The position numbers were made by a program, and so were the translations under genes. The notes under the pieces were generated by a model, which ran no database searches, had not been told where the DNA came from, and saw only the letters and a program-made list of their open reading frames with translations. Positions 1 through 10,917 of a stretch of 64,000 nt of DNA are shown piece by piece. Position 1 is the first letter of the stretch. Each line of letters starts with the position of its first letter. Origin of the DNA: Neocallimastix sp. 'constans' (Eukaryota); NCBI GenBank assembly GCA_050613775.1, contig JBODTK010000015.1, positions 496,001-560,000 on the forward strand, written 5' to 3'.

Positions 1-94
1 TATTATTATTTATCAAGATCTCACCCCCTAAGATGGCTTCTTGAAAGCAGATGAATAAAAGAACCACAATAAATAATAATAAAATTTTGTTATA

Positions 95-3000
95 TTATAC
101 TATTGGAACTAAATATGGCTTAACGTTTTTAATATGAATATTTCTTTCTAATTGCTTATGTGTGTCCACAGTTTCTAGCACTAAAGTATTGAACTTCGAA
201 GCTTTAAGTAGTCGAAAAGGACCAATAAAGAAGGGATCTAATTTTTTTCTTCCGATATATCTTACTAAAACTAGATCTCCTGGTTTGTATTCTTGTTGTG
301 TACTGTTTGAGGCCTGTATACGTTGTAGCCAGTATGAATGAGCTTGTTGAATATTTGCAATAGCTTCTTGAACCCAAGCTTGATGTCGTATAAATCTTCT
401 TGCGTTATACTCAATTTCTGATTCGTCTGGAGCTCTTACAATGTCTGGAATTACTACACTTAGTGGCCATAAGTCTTGCCTTCCATAAAGTAGTTCAAAA
501 CTTGAGAATCCTGTAACGCTGGACTTAGAAGTTCGCAAGGCCCAGAGAACGGCTGGAAGATATTCATCCCATTTTGTTTGGTCCTTACAAAGATGTCGTA
601 ATATTTTAACTTTTTCACGGTTACGGTTTTCAATTTGGCCATTGGCTTCCGGATGATGAGGAGCAACAAAACGAACCCAAGCACCATAAAGATCAATCAT
701 AGCCTTAGTTACATCAGAAGAAAATTGAGATCCATTGTTCGTAATTATAACTTCTGGCACTCCATGTCTAGCAAAAATGTCTTTAAGGAAGTTTATAACA
801 TCAGTACTTTTAATATGCTGTAATGGAGAGGCTTCTTCCCATTTTGTTGTGTAGTCCACTAAAACAATAAGGTATTGATTACCAGAGCGAGTAATTGGTA
901 AAGGACCTACAATATCTAGTCCTACCCTAATAAAAGGTCTTTCTACAGGGGAAACATTATTAGATAAGTTCTTTGTAATTGGTTTGGGACGAAAATATTG
1001 GCATTCCAGGCAAGTTTTTACCACTTGATTCAAATCGTTCCACATTCCTGGCCAGTAAAATGATTCTTTGAGTCGAGCTAGTGTTTTTTCGACGCCTTCA
1101 TGCCCCACAAGATGTGCCTTTTGAATCAAAGAAAATTTCTTTTTATCATCCTCTATAACTTGAAGAAGTTTTCCTTGGTCATTCCTATAAACTAATTTAT
1201 TATCAATAAACGAGTAATTATTTTTTATGTAATCTGAAATAGGCTTAGGAGTATATTCCAAAGATGAAGAAAGAATAGCAGAAATAGAATTAATTTCAGG
1301 AAGGTTACTAGAAGGTAATCTGGACAAAGCATCTGCGAAAATATTGTTTTTACCTTTTTCATAAATTAATTCTACTTTGAATTCGTTAAAAAGGGAAATC
1401 CAACGGATATGGTGATCACTTATTGGAATGCTTTATTTAAAATAACCAATTAATGGTTTATGGTCGGTGAAAAGTTTAACAGTGAAAGGGGAAGCTGAGA
1501 TATAAGGCCTGAATTTCTTTAAAGCAAATATGATAGCACAGCCTTCCTTTTCAGTAACTGAATAGTGGCGTTCGGCTTCCTTGAGAGTGCGATTTACACA
1601 ATAAACCGGGTGTTCTGTATTAGAATTAGCTGGAACTTGAAGCAAAACGGCTCCAGTAGGGTAGGTGGAGGCATCTGTACGAAATTATAAAAGGATTTTT
1701 ACAATTTGAATAACTGAGTATAGGATTAAAGCATAAAGCGTTTTTCAATTTAAGATAGTTTTCATTGTGTTCTATAGTCCATATAAAAGACGATTTTGGA
1801 CTAGTTAACTTGTATAAGTTGTCAGAAAGGCTTGCAAAATTAGGTATAAACTTTCTATAATAGCCTACTAGACCTAAAAATGATCGTAATTGATTAACAT
1901 TAGCTGGAGGTTTCCATGATTTTATAGCTTGTATTTTATCTGGAACCGGTTTTAAACCTTCGCTAGTTAAGATGTGACCAAGAACTTCAACAGATTTGCT
2001 ACAAAATTTGCACTTATCAATGTTGACAGATAGATGAGCTTTTCTCAGTAATAAAAATAGTTTTTTAAGATCCATAATATGTTGTTCAAACGTGGGAGAA
2101 TATACCAAAATATCATCTATGTAAACAAATAGACATTTACCAATTTAGGGCATCAGTATTCTGTTCATCTCCCGCTGAAAAGTAGCAGGAGCATTAGTAA
2201 GTCCGAAGGGCATCACGTTGAACTGGTAGTTTCCGAACTTTGTAGTGAAAGAGGTTTTTTCCTTGTCCTTTGGGTTAACAGGGATTTAATAATATCCTGA
2301 GAAGAGATCAAGAGCGGAGAAAAATCTTGCTCCATGAACTGATTCAAGAAGTTCGTCGATAAATGACAGTGCGTAGGCATCTTTAATTGTCATATCATTT
2401 AGGCGTCGGTAATCGACGCATAATCTCCACATCCCATTTTTTTTCTTAACTGGAATGACCGGAAACGACCATGGAGAATGGGATGGTTCGATAAAACCAT
2501 ACTTTATTAGCTTGATAATTTCTTCTTTCAAAGCATTCGATTTTTCCAACAAAATTTTATATGGACGTAATTTAATAGGATTCGAGTTTGTAAGTTCGAT
2601 GGAATGAGGTTCCACCTTAGCGATTGAGACTTTTTCAATGGAGTCTACCAAAACATCATCAAATTCCTTTAACAAATTATTAAAAGTACTAGTTTCTTCG
2701 TTGGCGAGGTCTTCCAAATTAGAGATTTTTCGTTTATAGTTCCTAATAGAAATAGTAAAGATGCTTTTAACAGAATTTAGAAACGGAACAGGGTTAGCAA
2801 CACAAATTGGTTTATTATCAGTTTTCTTATATAGAGCATCATCGTCAGGGTCAATATAAAGCCTATGTTCTTTTTGTGAAGTTCTTCCCAAAATAATATC
2901 GTAACAGGAATCCTTGTCATCAAGAATCCAGAATTTGGAAGTGATATTAGTATTCTTAAAGGAAAGGCAAAGGTCTACTGTTGAATTAGAACGTATTACC

Positions 3001-4010
3001 GTATTTGAAGCAAGTTTAAAGAAAGTCTCTTCATTCTTCTTAGATTGGTTTTGGGAGGAGATTTTCTTAAAAAATGATTTATTAATTACATTAACATTGG
3101 ATCCTGTATCAATTAAAACTTTAACTGGAATATCTTTTATTTTACTCATTACAGAAGCAATATTCGATTTTTGAATAATATTAATGTTATTTTTTAAGTT
3201 TGAATGAGGAGAATTATTCAAATCAAGCGATTCCAGTTCTTCATGATAAACTCTATTACGGTGATTTGTGGTAGACTTTTCTAAAGATTCATTGTCAATT
3301 TTACATTCATTAAAGTTATATATTGAATTAATTTTTCTAATGTAATTAGGATTTAATTTTAATCTTTTAATACAAAGTCTACGTAAAAGAGGACTGACAG
3401 AGAATAATTGACCAAAGGTTATTCTTGCATTTGTATTGTTCAATGAATCGAAAAGATCATACTCGTTAGTATCTTTGAGCATATTTGTTGCCCTTAGATA
3501 ATCATAAAAGTTTGTTTTATCATTAGTTTTAGAATTTTTATTTTCAGTTGAGATGTTCTTGTCATATTGAATATCGCTTTCCAAACGATTTTTATTTCTT
3601 ATTTCTTTATTAATTTTTTTTGCAGATCTAATATTTTTGTTAGCAATAAAAGAGGTATCTAATATTTCCAGATTATCAGTATTATTACTTGGTGTAGGAA
3701 GATTATTTCTAAAATTATTATCGATTTTAGAATTATTAGATTCTTGTTTGTTCTTTTATAAAAGAGCTTTAGTTTTAATTGGAATTGGATTGTCTTTTAA
3801 TTTAAATTTCTTATTTGTTTGATTAGAAGAAGTATTACTATTTACTTCAAGGGTTTTTCGTTTAATATCATTTAAATCAAATTTTAAATGTTTTTGATTA
3901 GGAATTATGTATGATTCTTTATTAGAATTTGGAAATTTAGGTTTGTAATATTTATTATCAATTTTATTACAAGATTTGGAAGATTGAGAACTTCCCTGAA
4001 TTAATTTAAA
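95..4010 (-). pseudogene. pol: Gypsy-1 pol (aspartic protease, RT, RNase H, integrase), broken by stops and frameshifts
   Basis: LIDTGSNVN protease; WRLCVDYRRLN, LDLFSGYY, MPFGL and FVYIDD RT motifs; TDHKPL RNase H; HHCC zinc finger, LDIVGPLP and GPF integrase motifs, spread over ORFs 2286-3584, 1626-2108, 1433-1645 and 95-1327. Confidence 0.95.
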
Positions 4011-4882
4011 TTATTTTGTATATGAGTGAATTTATCCAGGAGATTCTTATTATGTTCAGAGAGTTTATTAGTACAGATATGAGCTTCATGACCTTTTTTT
4101 GAACAATGATGACAAACATGCAAGGACATGTTTGCAAATTTTTTGGTAAGTTTATCCAGGTCAGAATTATATTTTTGATTTGAAGATTCACTAGTATTGA
4201 TATGCCTATTATCTATGTTCTTTGTAGATGATTTACTAGGATTTTTTTTATTGTAACATTGTTTATTAAAGCTATTCTTCTTTAAATATTTAGAGTTAGA
4301 ATTACTATTTTGATTGGAATATTCTCCTTCATCTTCATAAACTTGAATTCTTGAATCAATTCTTAATGCAAATTTCATTGCTTGTTTTAGTGAGTCATAC
4401 TTTTTTGCTATCATAACGGAATAAAGATTACGCTTTTCTTTTAATCCTTTAATATAAAGAACAATTAATCTAGACTCAAAAGGTTTATCTTTATCCTTAA
4501 TTTCGTTAAGAAGGTCATTAAAATGAAGGTTAAAAATTCTAACATTTTTTTTCCAATTTTTGTATGTTCCAACTTTTCAGAACTAAAAGAGGATATTTTA
4601 TCTGTTTCAATTATTTCTTCAACTCTATTATTGAATTCTTCGGCTGTCATTGACTTCTCTTCAAAGTATAATTCTTCACACAATTCATGTGTAGTATCGA
4701 CAGTAGTAGACAACATTATCCTTTTCTTTTCCTTTTCTGAAAGAGTAAAGTCTTCAAAGATGTCTAAAAGATCTCTTTTTCATTTGAAATACTTAAGCTT
4801 TTTTAGAACCTAAAGCAGTTATGTCTCTTGCCATTTTCGAGACTTTTTCATAGTCAGTTTTACCACTATCTTCAGAAGTCAT
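4001..4882 (-). pseudogene. gag: Gypsy-1 gag with CCHC zinc knuckle, frameshifted
   Basis: ATG at 4882 downstream of the PBS and leader; CHHCSKKGHEAHIC knuckle in ORF 4001-4414; lies upstream of pol. Confidence 0.85.
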
Positions 4883-5686
4883 ATTGAAAAAAAAATAGAA
4901 ATAAAAAGAAAATAAAGTAACACGGTAGAACACTACAAGTTAGAAAATAACACCGTAGAATACTACAAGTTGAATATCACACAAGTTGAAAATCACACAA
5001 GTAGAATATTACACAAGTAGAATGAAAGTTTCCTATGAAACTATAGAGAGAAGTAGGCAAAGGTAGAACTTTCCTCCACCGTAGAACGAGTTCTCCACCA
5101 CTTGATAACTATTTAGTAGTTATCGTTTGAATAATAATACTTCTTAAAATTATTATTATTTGAACTTATTATTATTATTTATTTATAAAAATATTTTATT
5201 TTTAATATTTTTATTAAGAATAAATTTTTAATAATCGTTACATTTTTATTAAGTACATTTTTCTCTCTTTTATATTTAATAATTAAAATAAAGTAATATT
5301 TGTTTGCAAAAATAAACTATTTAATATATTTAAGCATAATTCTTATATTTTAATTAATAGTATTGAATATATATAAAAATAATTTAGTTAATTATACAAA
5401 AAAATAATAATTAAAATAATTATTGAATATATAGTAATAATTAAAAGAAATATTAAATATATTTCTTTTATAATAAATAATATAAAAGTTATTAATATAA
5501 TATAATAATTTAAAATAAAAATAAAAATAATTTAGAAAATTAACTATTTATAATTATAATAATTTACTAAAAATATTTAATATTAATTTTTAATTTAATT
5601 TAATTAATTATATTATTCTAATTAATTTAAGTAATTTTAGTAATTTAATTAATTTAATTAATTTATAATAATTTATTATTATTAAT

Positions 5687-8318
5687 TGATATAAAATGAA
5701 AATAAAAACTTTAATTATTAATAAATTATTTTATTAATAATTACATAAAAATAAATCAATTAATCACTTGATTAATTATCATATGATTTATAAAATGATC
5801 CAGAAATAACGTGATATAAGATAAATTTATGTAATATCATAAATTCTCTAAAAATACATAAAATTAATGTAAACATAAAATTTATAACATAAATTTTATG
5901 TTATGTAAATATGTAAATAATTTATAAATTAATTAAGTTTTATTTTATTTCATTTTAATTATTTTTATTATATTTTTATTATATTTTTATATGTTCTAAT
6001 TATTATAATATTTTATTATTTATACTTTTTAATTCTTATTATTTTAAAATAGTTTATAATTAAAGAGTATTATATAAAGAATACTTTTTCTTTATATTTA
6101 TTCTTTGTAATTTTGCAGTTTTGCAAATTGCCATTCATGCAATTCAAATAGTTAAAATTATAATAATAAATTGCCAAAATAAAAATATTTTATTAGTAAA
6201 ATTAATTTAGTAATATTTAATATGAAGTTATAAAAATTATTAGTTATTTAAATAAATTTAAATTATAAAATAAATAAATAAATATTTAATAAATAAGTAA
6301 ATAAAAATATATTAAATTAATAAATTTCATAAATAAATTATATAACTTCTCCCAGTAAGAGAGTGAACCAAGGTGTACTTTATCAAATGGTGGAGATATC
6401 GGTTCTCTTTGGAGGGGAAGAAGTTATAATTATTTTACAATAATTATTAAAAAAAAAATAATAATATAAAAAAAAAAAAATAAAAATAAAAATATATTAT
6501 TTCTAAATTTCTTAAAAACATATTTCAATAATTTAAAAATTAATTTTAAAAATTAGTTTTATTAAATTTTTTTTTAGTATTTTATATATAAATATATCAT
6601 ATATATATTTATATAATTTATAACAAAATTGATTAAATAGTATTATATATAAATATATTGTAAAATATATTTATATAATTTTATTAAAAGAATTGATTAT
6701 ATTTTATTATATATATAAATATATTGTAATATATATTTATATTTATTAAAAAAAAAAAAAAATTTTTTTTTAGTTAATTTTAATAATTATTTTATTTTTT
6801 TTTAACTCTAATAATGATAATTATTTTATAAATTAGTAATTATCTTTTATATTTTAATTAAAATAGTTATATATATAAAATGAATAATAATTCAGGGAGA
6901 AGGATAACTCCCTATAACCAAACCAATAATAATAATAATAATAAAGAAGAAATCCTCAAAAAGTATTTAAAGAATATTATAAAAGAAAATTACCCCCATA
7001 AACAATATTTTGAAGCAAAAGAGATTCCTAATATTCTCAAAGTAATTATAAAGAAAGAAATAATTGAAATTGAAGGTTTGGAGGATGAAGATTCAGTAGA
7101 AATGTTAATTAAACTTTACGAATCGGAGCTCCAAGATATATCCTTATCAGATATGTGTGACTCAATTTTATTTTTCATTCCAGAAGAAAAGCAAGATTTT
7201 ATTTTTCAAAATTTTAATAACCAAAACTTTAAGGATCAAGGTTGTAACACTAAAAATTATAACAATCAAAATTTTCATAATCAAAACTTTAATAATAAAA
7301 ATTTTATTAATCAAAATTTTTATAATCAAAATTTTATTAATCAAAATTTTTATAATCAAAATTTTATTAATCAAAATTTTTATAATCAAAATTTTTATAA
7401 TAAAAATTTTAACAATCAAAATTTTATTAACCAAAAATTTTATAATCAAAATTTTAATAATCAAAATTTTTATAATTTTAATTTTAATAATTCGGATTTC
7501 AATAATAATTTCAATAATAATTTCAATTATAATTTCAATAATTTTAGTGATAATAACTATAATAATCCTAAAAATAATCAGAACAATTATATCGGAATTA
7601 ATCAAGATAATAAAATTAATAATGGAAATAGTAATATTAAAAATAACAAGGAAATTAATAGCAACGAAGAATTTAAAAATGAAATTAAAATTATTAAGAA
7701 TAAAATTAATAAAAATAATAAAGTTAAGGAAGAAATTTTAAATAAAAATAGTATTAATAACATTAAGACTGTTATTAATAAATCTAATATTATTAATAAT
7801 ATTGAAAAGGTACAGGAGATTAAAATAAATAGCATAAATACGGATCTGAATAAAAATCACAATATGATTAATGAGAAAAATATGGTTAATAAAAATAATA
7901 ATACTAATGAATTGAAATACAACAAAATTAATATTGATAATAATAATATTAAAGATAATGAAATTATTAAAACTAGTAATAGTTATAATTCTGAAAATAG
8001 CAAGAGTAAAAAGCCTAAATTGCAAAACAATAAAATTATTATTGATTATAATTCTATTAAAGATAATGAAATTATTAAAATTAACAGTAAAAATAATTTC
8101 GAAAATAACAATAATAAAAAGCAAAATTTGAAAAACAATAAAATTAATATTAATGACAATAATATTTCCGATACTAAAAATTTAAACAATAAATTAAAAA
8201 TATTATGGGTATTGAAAAATTATAAATATCGGAGAAAATTATTATTGTTAGTAACAAAAAAAAAAAAAAAAAAAAAAAAAAATTTATTATTGTTATTAAA
8301 TTAAAATTATTTTTAACA

Positions 8319-8364
<46 letters not shown>

Positions 8365-8413
8365 TTTTTCAATTATTAATTTCTAATATATTCAAATTTA
8401 ACTATTGAACTCC

Positions 8414-8470
<57 letters not shown>

Positions 8471-9240
8471 CTATAAAAACATAAAAATATAATAAAATTC
8501 AACTCTACAACTATACCATAGTTGTAATTTAAGGAGGGACGTATGATATAAAATGAAAATAAAAACTTTAATTATTAATAAATTATTTTATTAATAATTA
8601 CATAAAAATAAATCAATTAATCACTTGATTAATTATCATATGATTTATAAAATGATCCAGAAATAACGTGATATAAGATAAATTTATGTAATATCATAAA
8701 TTCTCTAAAAATACATAAAATTAATGTAAACATAAAATTTATAACATAAATTTTATGTTATGTAAATATGTAAATAATTTATAAATTAATTAAGTTTTAT
8801 TTTATTTCATTTTAATTATTTTTATTATATTTTTATTATATTTTTATATGTTCTAATTATTATAATATTTTATTATTTATACTTTTTAATTCTTATTATT
8901 TTAAAATAGTTTATAATTAAAGAGTATTATATAAAGAATACTTTTTCTTTATATTTATTCTTTGTAATTTTGCAGTTTTGCAAATTGCCATTCATGCAAT
9001 TCAAATAGTTAAAATTATAATAATAAATTGCCAAAATAAAAATATTTTATTAGTAAAATTAATTTAGTAATATTTAATATGAAGTTATAAAAATTATTAG
9101 TTATTTAAATAAATTTAAATTATAAAATAAATAAATAAATATTTAATAAATAAGTAAATAAAATTATATTATATTAATAATTCATAAATAAATTATATAA
9201 CTTCTCCCAGTAAGAGAGTGAACCAAGGTGTACTTTATCA
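5687..9240 (+). mobile_element. Non-autonomous gypsy-type LTR element (LARD/TRIM-like) with no pol, inserted in the Gypsy-1 5' LTR
   Basis: Near-identical LTRs 5687-6385 and 8544-9240 (TGATAT..TTATCA); PBS TGGTGGAGATATCGG at 6388; PPT AAGGAGGGAC at 8531-8540; 4-bp TSD TAAT on both sides. Confidence 0.95.
6880..8304 (+). CDS. Orphan 474-aa ORF inside the non-autonomous element: about 110-aa complex N-terminus, NQNFY/NQNFI/NQNFN pentapeptide repeats, Asn-rich tail ending in a poly(A)-derived Lys run
   Basis: ATG-initiated, sense to the element, about 500 nt after the PBS. Long open frame in DNA where stop codons are frequent. No recognisable gag or pol motif. Confidence 0.5.
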   Translation: MNNNSGRRITPYNQTNNNNNNKEEILKKYLKNIIKENYPHKQYFEAKEIPNILKVIIKKEIIEIEGLEDEDSVEMLIKLYESELQDISLSDMCDSILFFIPEEKQDFIFQNFNNQNFKDQGCNTKNYNNQNFHNQNFNNKNFINQNFYNQNFINQNFYNQNFINQNFYNQNFYNKNFNNQNFINQKFYNQNFNNQNFYNFNFNNSDFNNNFNNNFNYNFNNFSDNNYNNPKNNQNNYIGINQDNKINNGNSNIKNNKEINSNEEFKNEIKIIKNKINKNNKVKEEILNKNSINNIKTVINKSNIINNIEKVQEIKINSINTDLNKNHNMINEKNMVNKNNNTNELKYNKINIDNNNIKDNEIIKTSNSYNSENSKSKKPKLQNNKIIIDYNSIKDNEIIKINSKNNFENNNNKKQNLKNNKININDNNISDTKNLNNKLKILWVLKNYKYRRKLLLLVTKKKKKKKKNLLLLLN

Positions 9241-9278
9241 TAATATTTATAGTTTAATTTATTATTATTTATCAGCAT

Positions 9279-10917
9279 TGATTTATACCGGACATTCTTA
9301 AAATACAAAAATTAGATTTTGTAGAAGTGAATAAAGGTATAAATACTAAGAAAAATTTAAGAAGTTTAAAATAAATATGTTTTATTAGAACACAAAATTT
9401 GTTTTATTATTAAAAAAAATAGTTTTATTTTAATATTAATTTTTATTTATTTAATTATTAATTTTTATTTAAATTAATAAAAGAAAAATAATTATTAAAA
9501 CTAATAAAATAATAAAATAAAATATTTATTATTTATAATAATTTATTTAAATTTTAATAATAAAAATTTGATTATTAACAACTAATAGACTATATAAAAT
9601 AATTTATCAAGTTTGTTAATAATCATAATTTGATTATTAATAAACTAATAATATATATAAAATCATTTATTGAAATTATTAATAATTATAATTTGATTAT
9701 TAATAAACTAATAAAATATATAAAATAAGTTATTGAAGTTATTAATAATAAAGAATAATTTAAAAGAAATATTTATATGCTTTTATATTTTTCAATGATT
9801 TTAAACTATTTACATTTATAAACAATAAATAAATAATTGTTATAAATATTTACAAATAAAGTATTAAAATAAACAAGTTTTAATTATAATTTGTTTATAA
9901 AAGTTGAGTTATAAAATAAATAAAATATTAATTATTTTAAATAAAAGGTAATTTAAAGATTATTCAGCTATTTAATTTTAATTTTGAAATATTTATAAAT
10001 TTGTTTATTTAGTATTAACAATTTATTAAATTTGTTTATTATTATGTTTGTTTATAATTTTATAAGAATATTAATTATTAATTTATTTAAGTTTTAATTA
10101 AAATTTTTAATGATTAATTAAATTATTATTATTTTATTTTCATGTATTTCTTTTAATTAATTTTCTTAATTTGATTTCGGGACTTCTAAAAGAATTAATT
10201 TTGGGTTAAGTTAAATGAGAATTGTTGAGTTGGTACTTAGATTAAAGGGTAAACTTGGTTGGAAGCCTTTAATCTAATTACCTTATGGATATTATTTTAT
10301 TTTATAAATTAATTTATTCAAATTTTAAAAATATATTATTTTATTATTAAACTTTTAATTAACTATATTTTATTTAATATATTTTATTATAAAGTTATCA
10401 GATTATTAATAAATAATAATCTTACAAAGATTTAAAAAAGAATATTTTTTTGTTCTTTTATATTTTTGAAAAACAATATAAAATATTTAATAATATATTT
10501 TAATAAATACTAATTTAGAGATAACAATATAAAATATAATTTTAATATATAAAATAATAATATATAATATAAGATAATAAAATATATAAGATAATATAAT
10601 TAATAAAAAAAACAATTCTTATAAATAATATTCAACTATATTAATTAATATAAAAAAGGGATAATATTAATATGTAATACAATATTAATCAATTAATATA
10701 TTAGTTATTCAATAATGTATAAAAGGGATAATATTAATTAATTTGTAATACAATATTAATAAGGTTATGAACGGTACAAGGATTTAAGGAGTATAAATTA
10801 TATTTTTAAATAAATTATTACTTTTGTAGTAATGAATATAAATTAATTTGTATCAAATCCTTGACAAGAATTTATTATTTATTATTTATTTTAATTTTAT
10901 AATTTCATTATTTATCA
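9279..10917. mobile_element. Solo LTR (about 1.64 kb), same family as the 29050-30032 and 32084-33118 LTRs but in inverted orientation
   Basis: TGATTTATACC..TTATTTATCA termini; 4-bp TSD GCAT (9275-9278, 10918-10921); both ends match the reverse complement of the 29-33 kb repeats. Confidence 0.85.

Larger units (their letters stand above)
1..9274 (-). mobile_element. Ty3/gypsy LTR retrotransposon 'Gypsy-1', degenerate; 3' LTR runs off the window start, 5' LTR (5103-5686 + 9245-9274) split by a nested element
   Basis: Minus-strand order gag-PR-RT-RH-IN. PBS TGGTGGAGAAC (5090-5100) lies 2 nt after an LTR end ..TTATCA at 5103. PPT AGGGGGTGAGATCT (16-29) is followed by TGATAAATAATAATA (15->1), and the same 15-mer recurs at 9260-9274, marking the 5' LTR start. 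Confidence 0.9.

Noticed and set aside
7157..8131. Ile-rich alternate-frame and antisense ORFs (also near 18.8-19.2 kb and 41.3-41.6 kb)
   Set aside because: Shadow frames of AAT-rich Asn-coding repeats, with no independent evidence.
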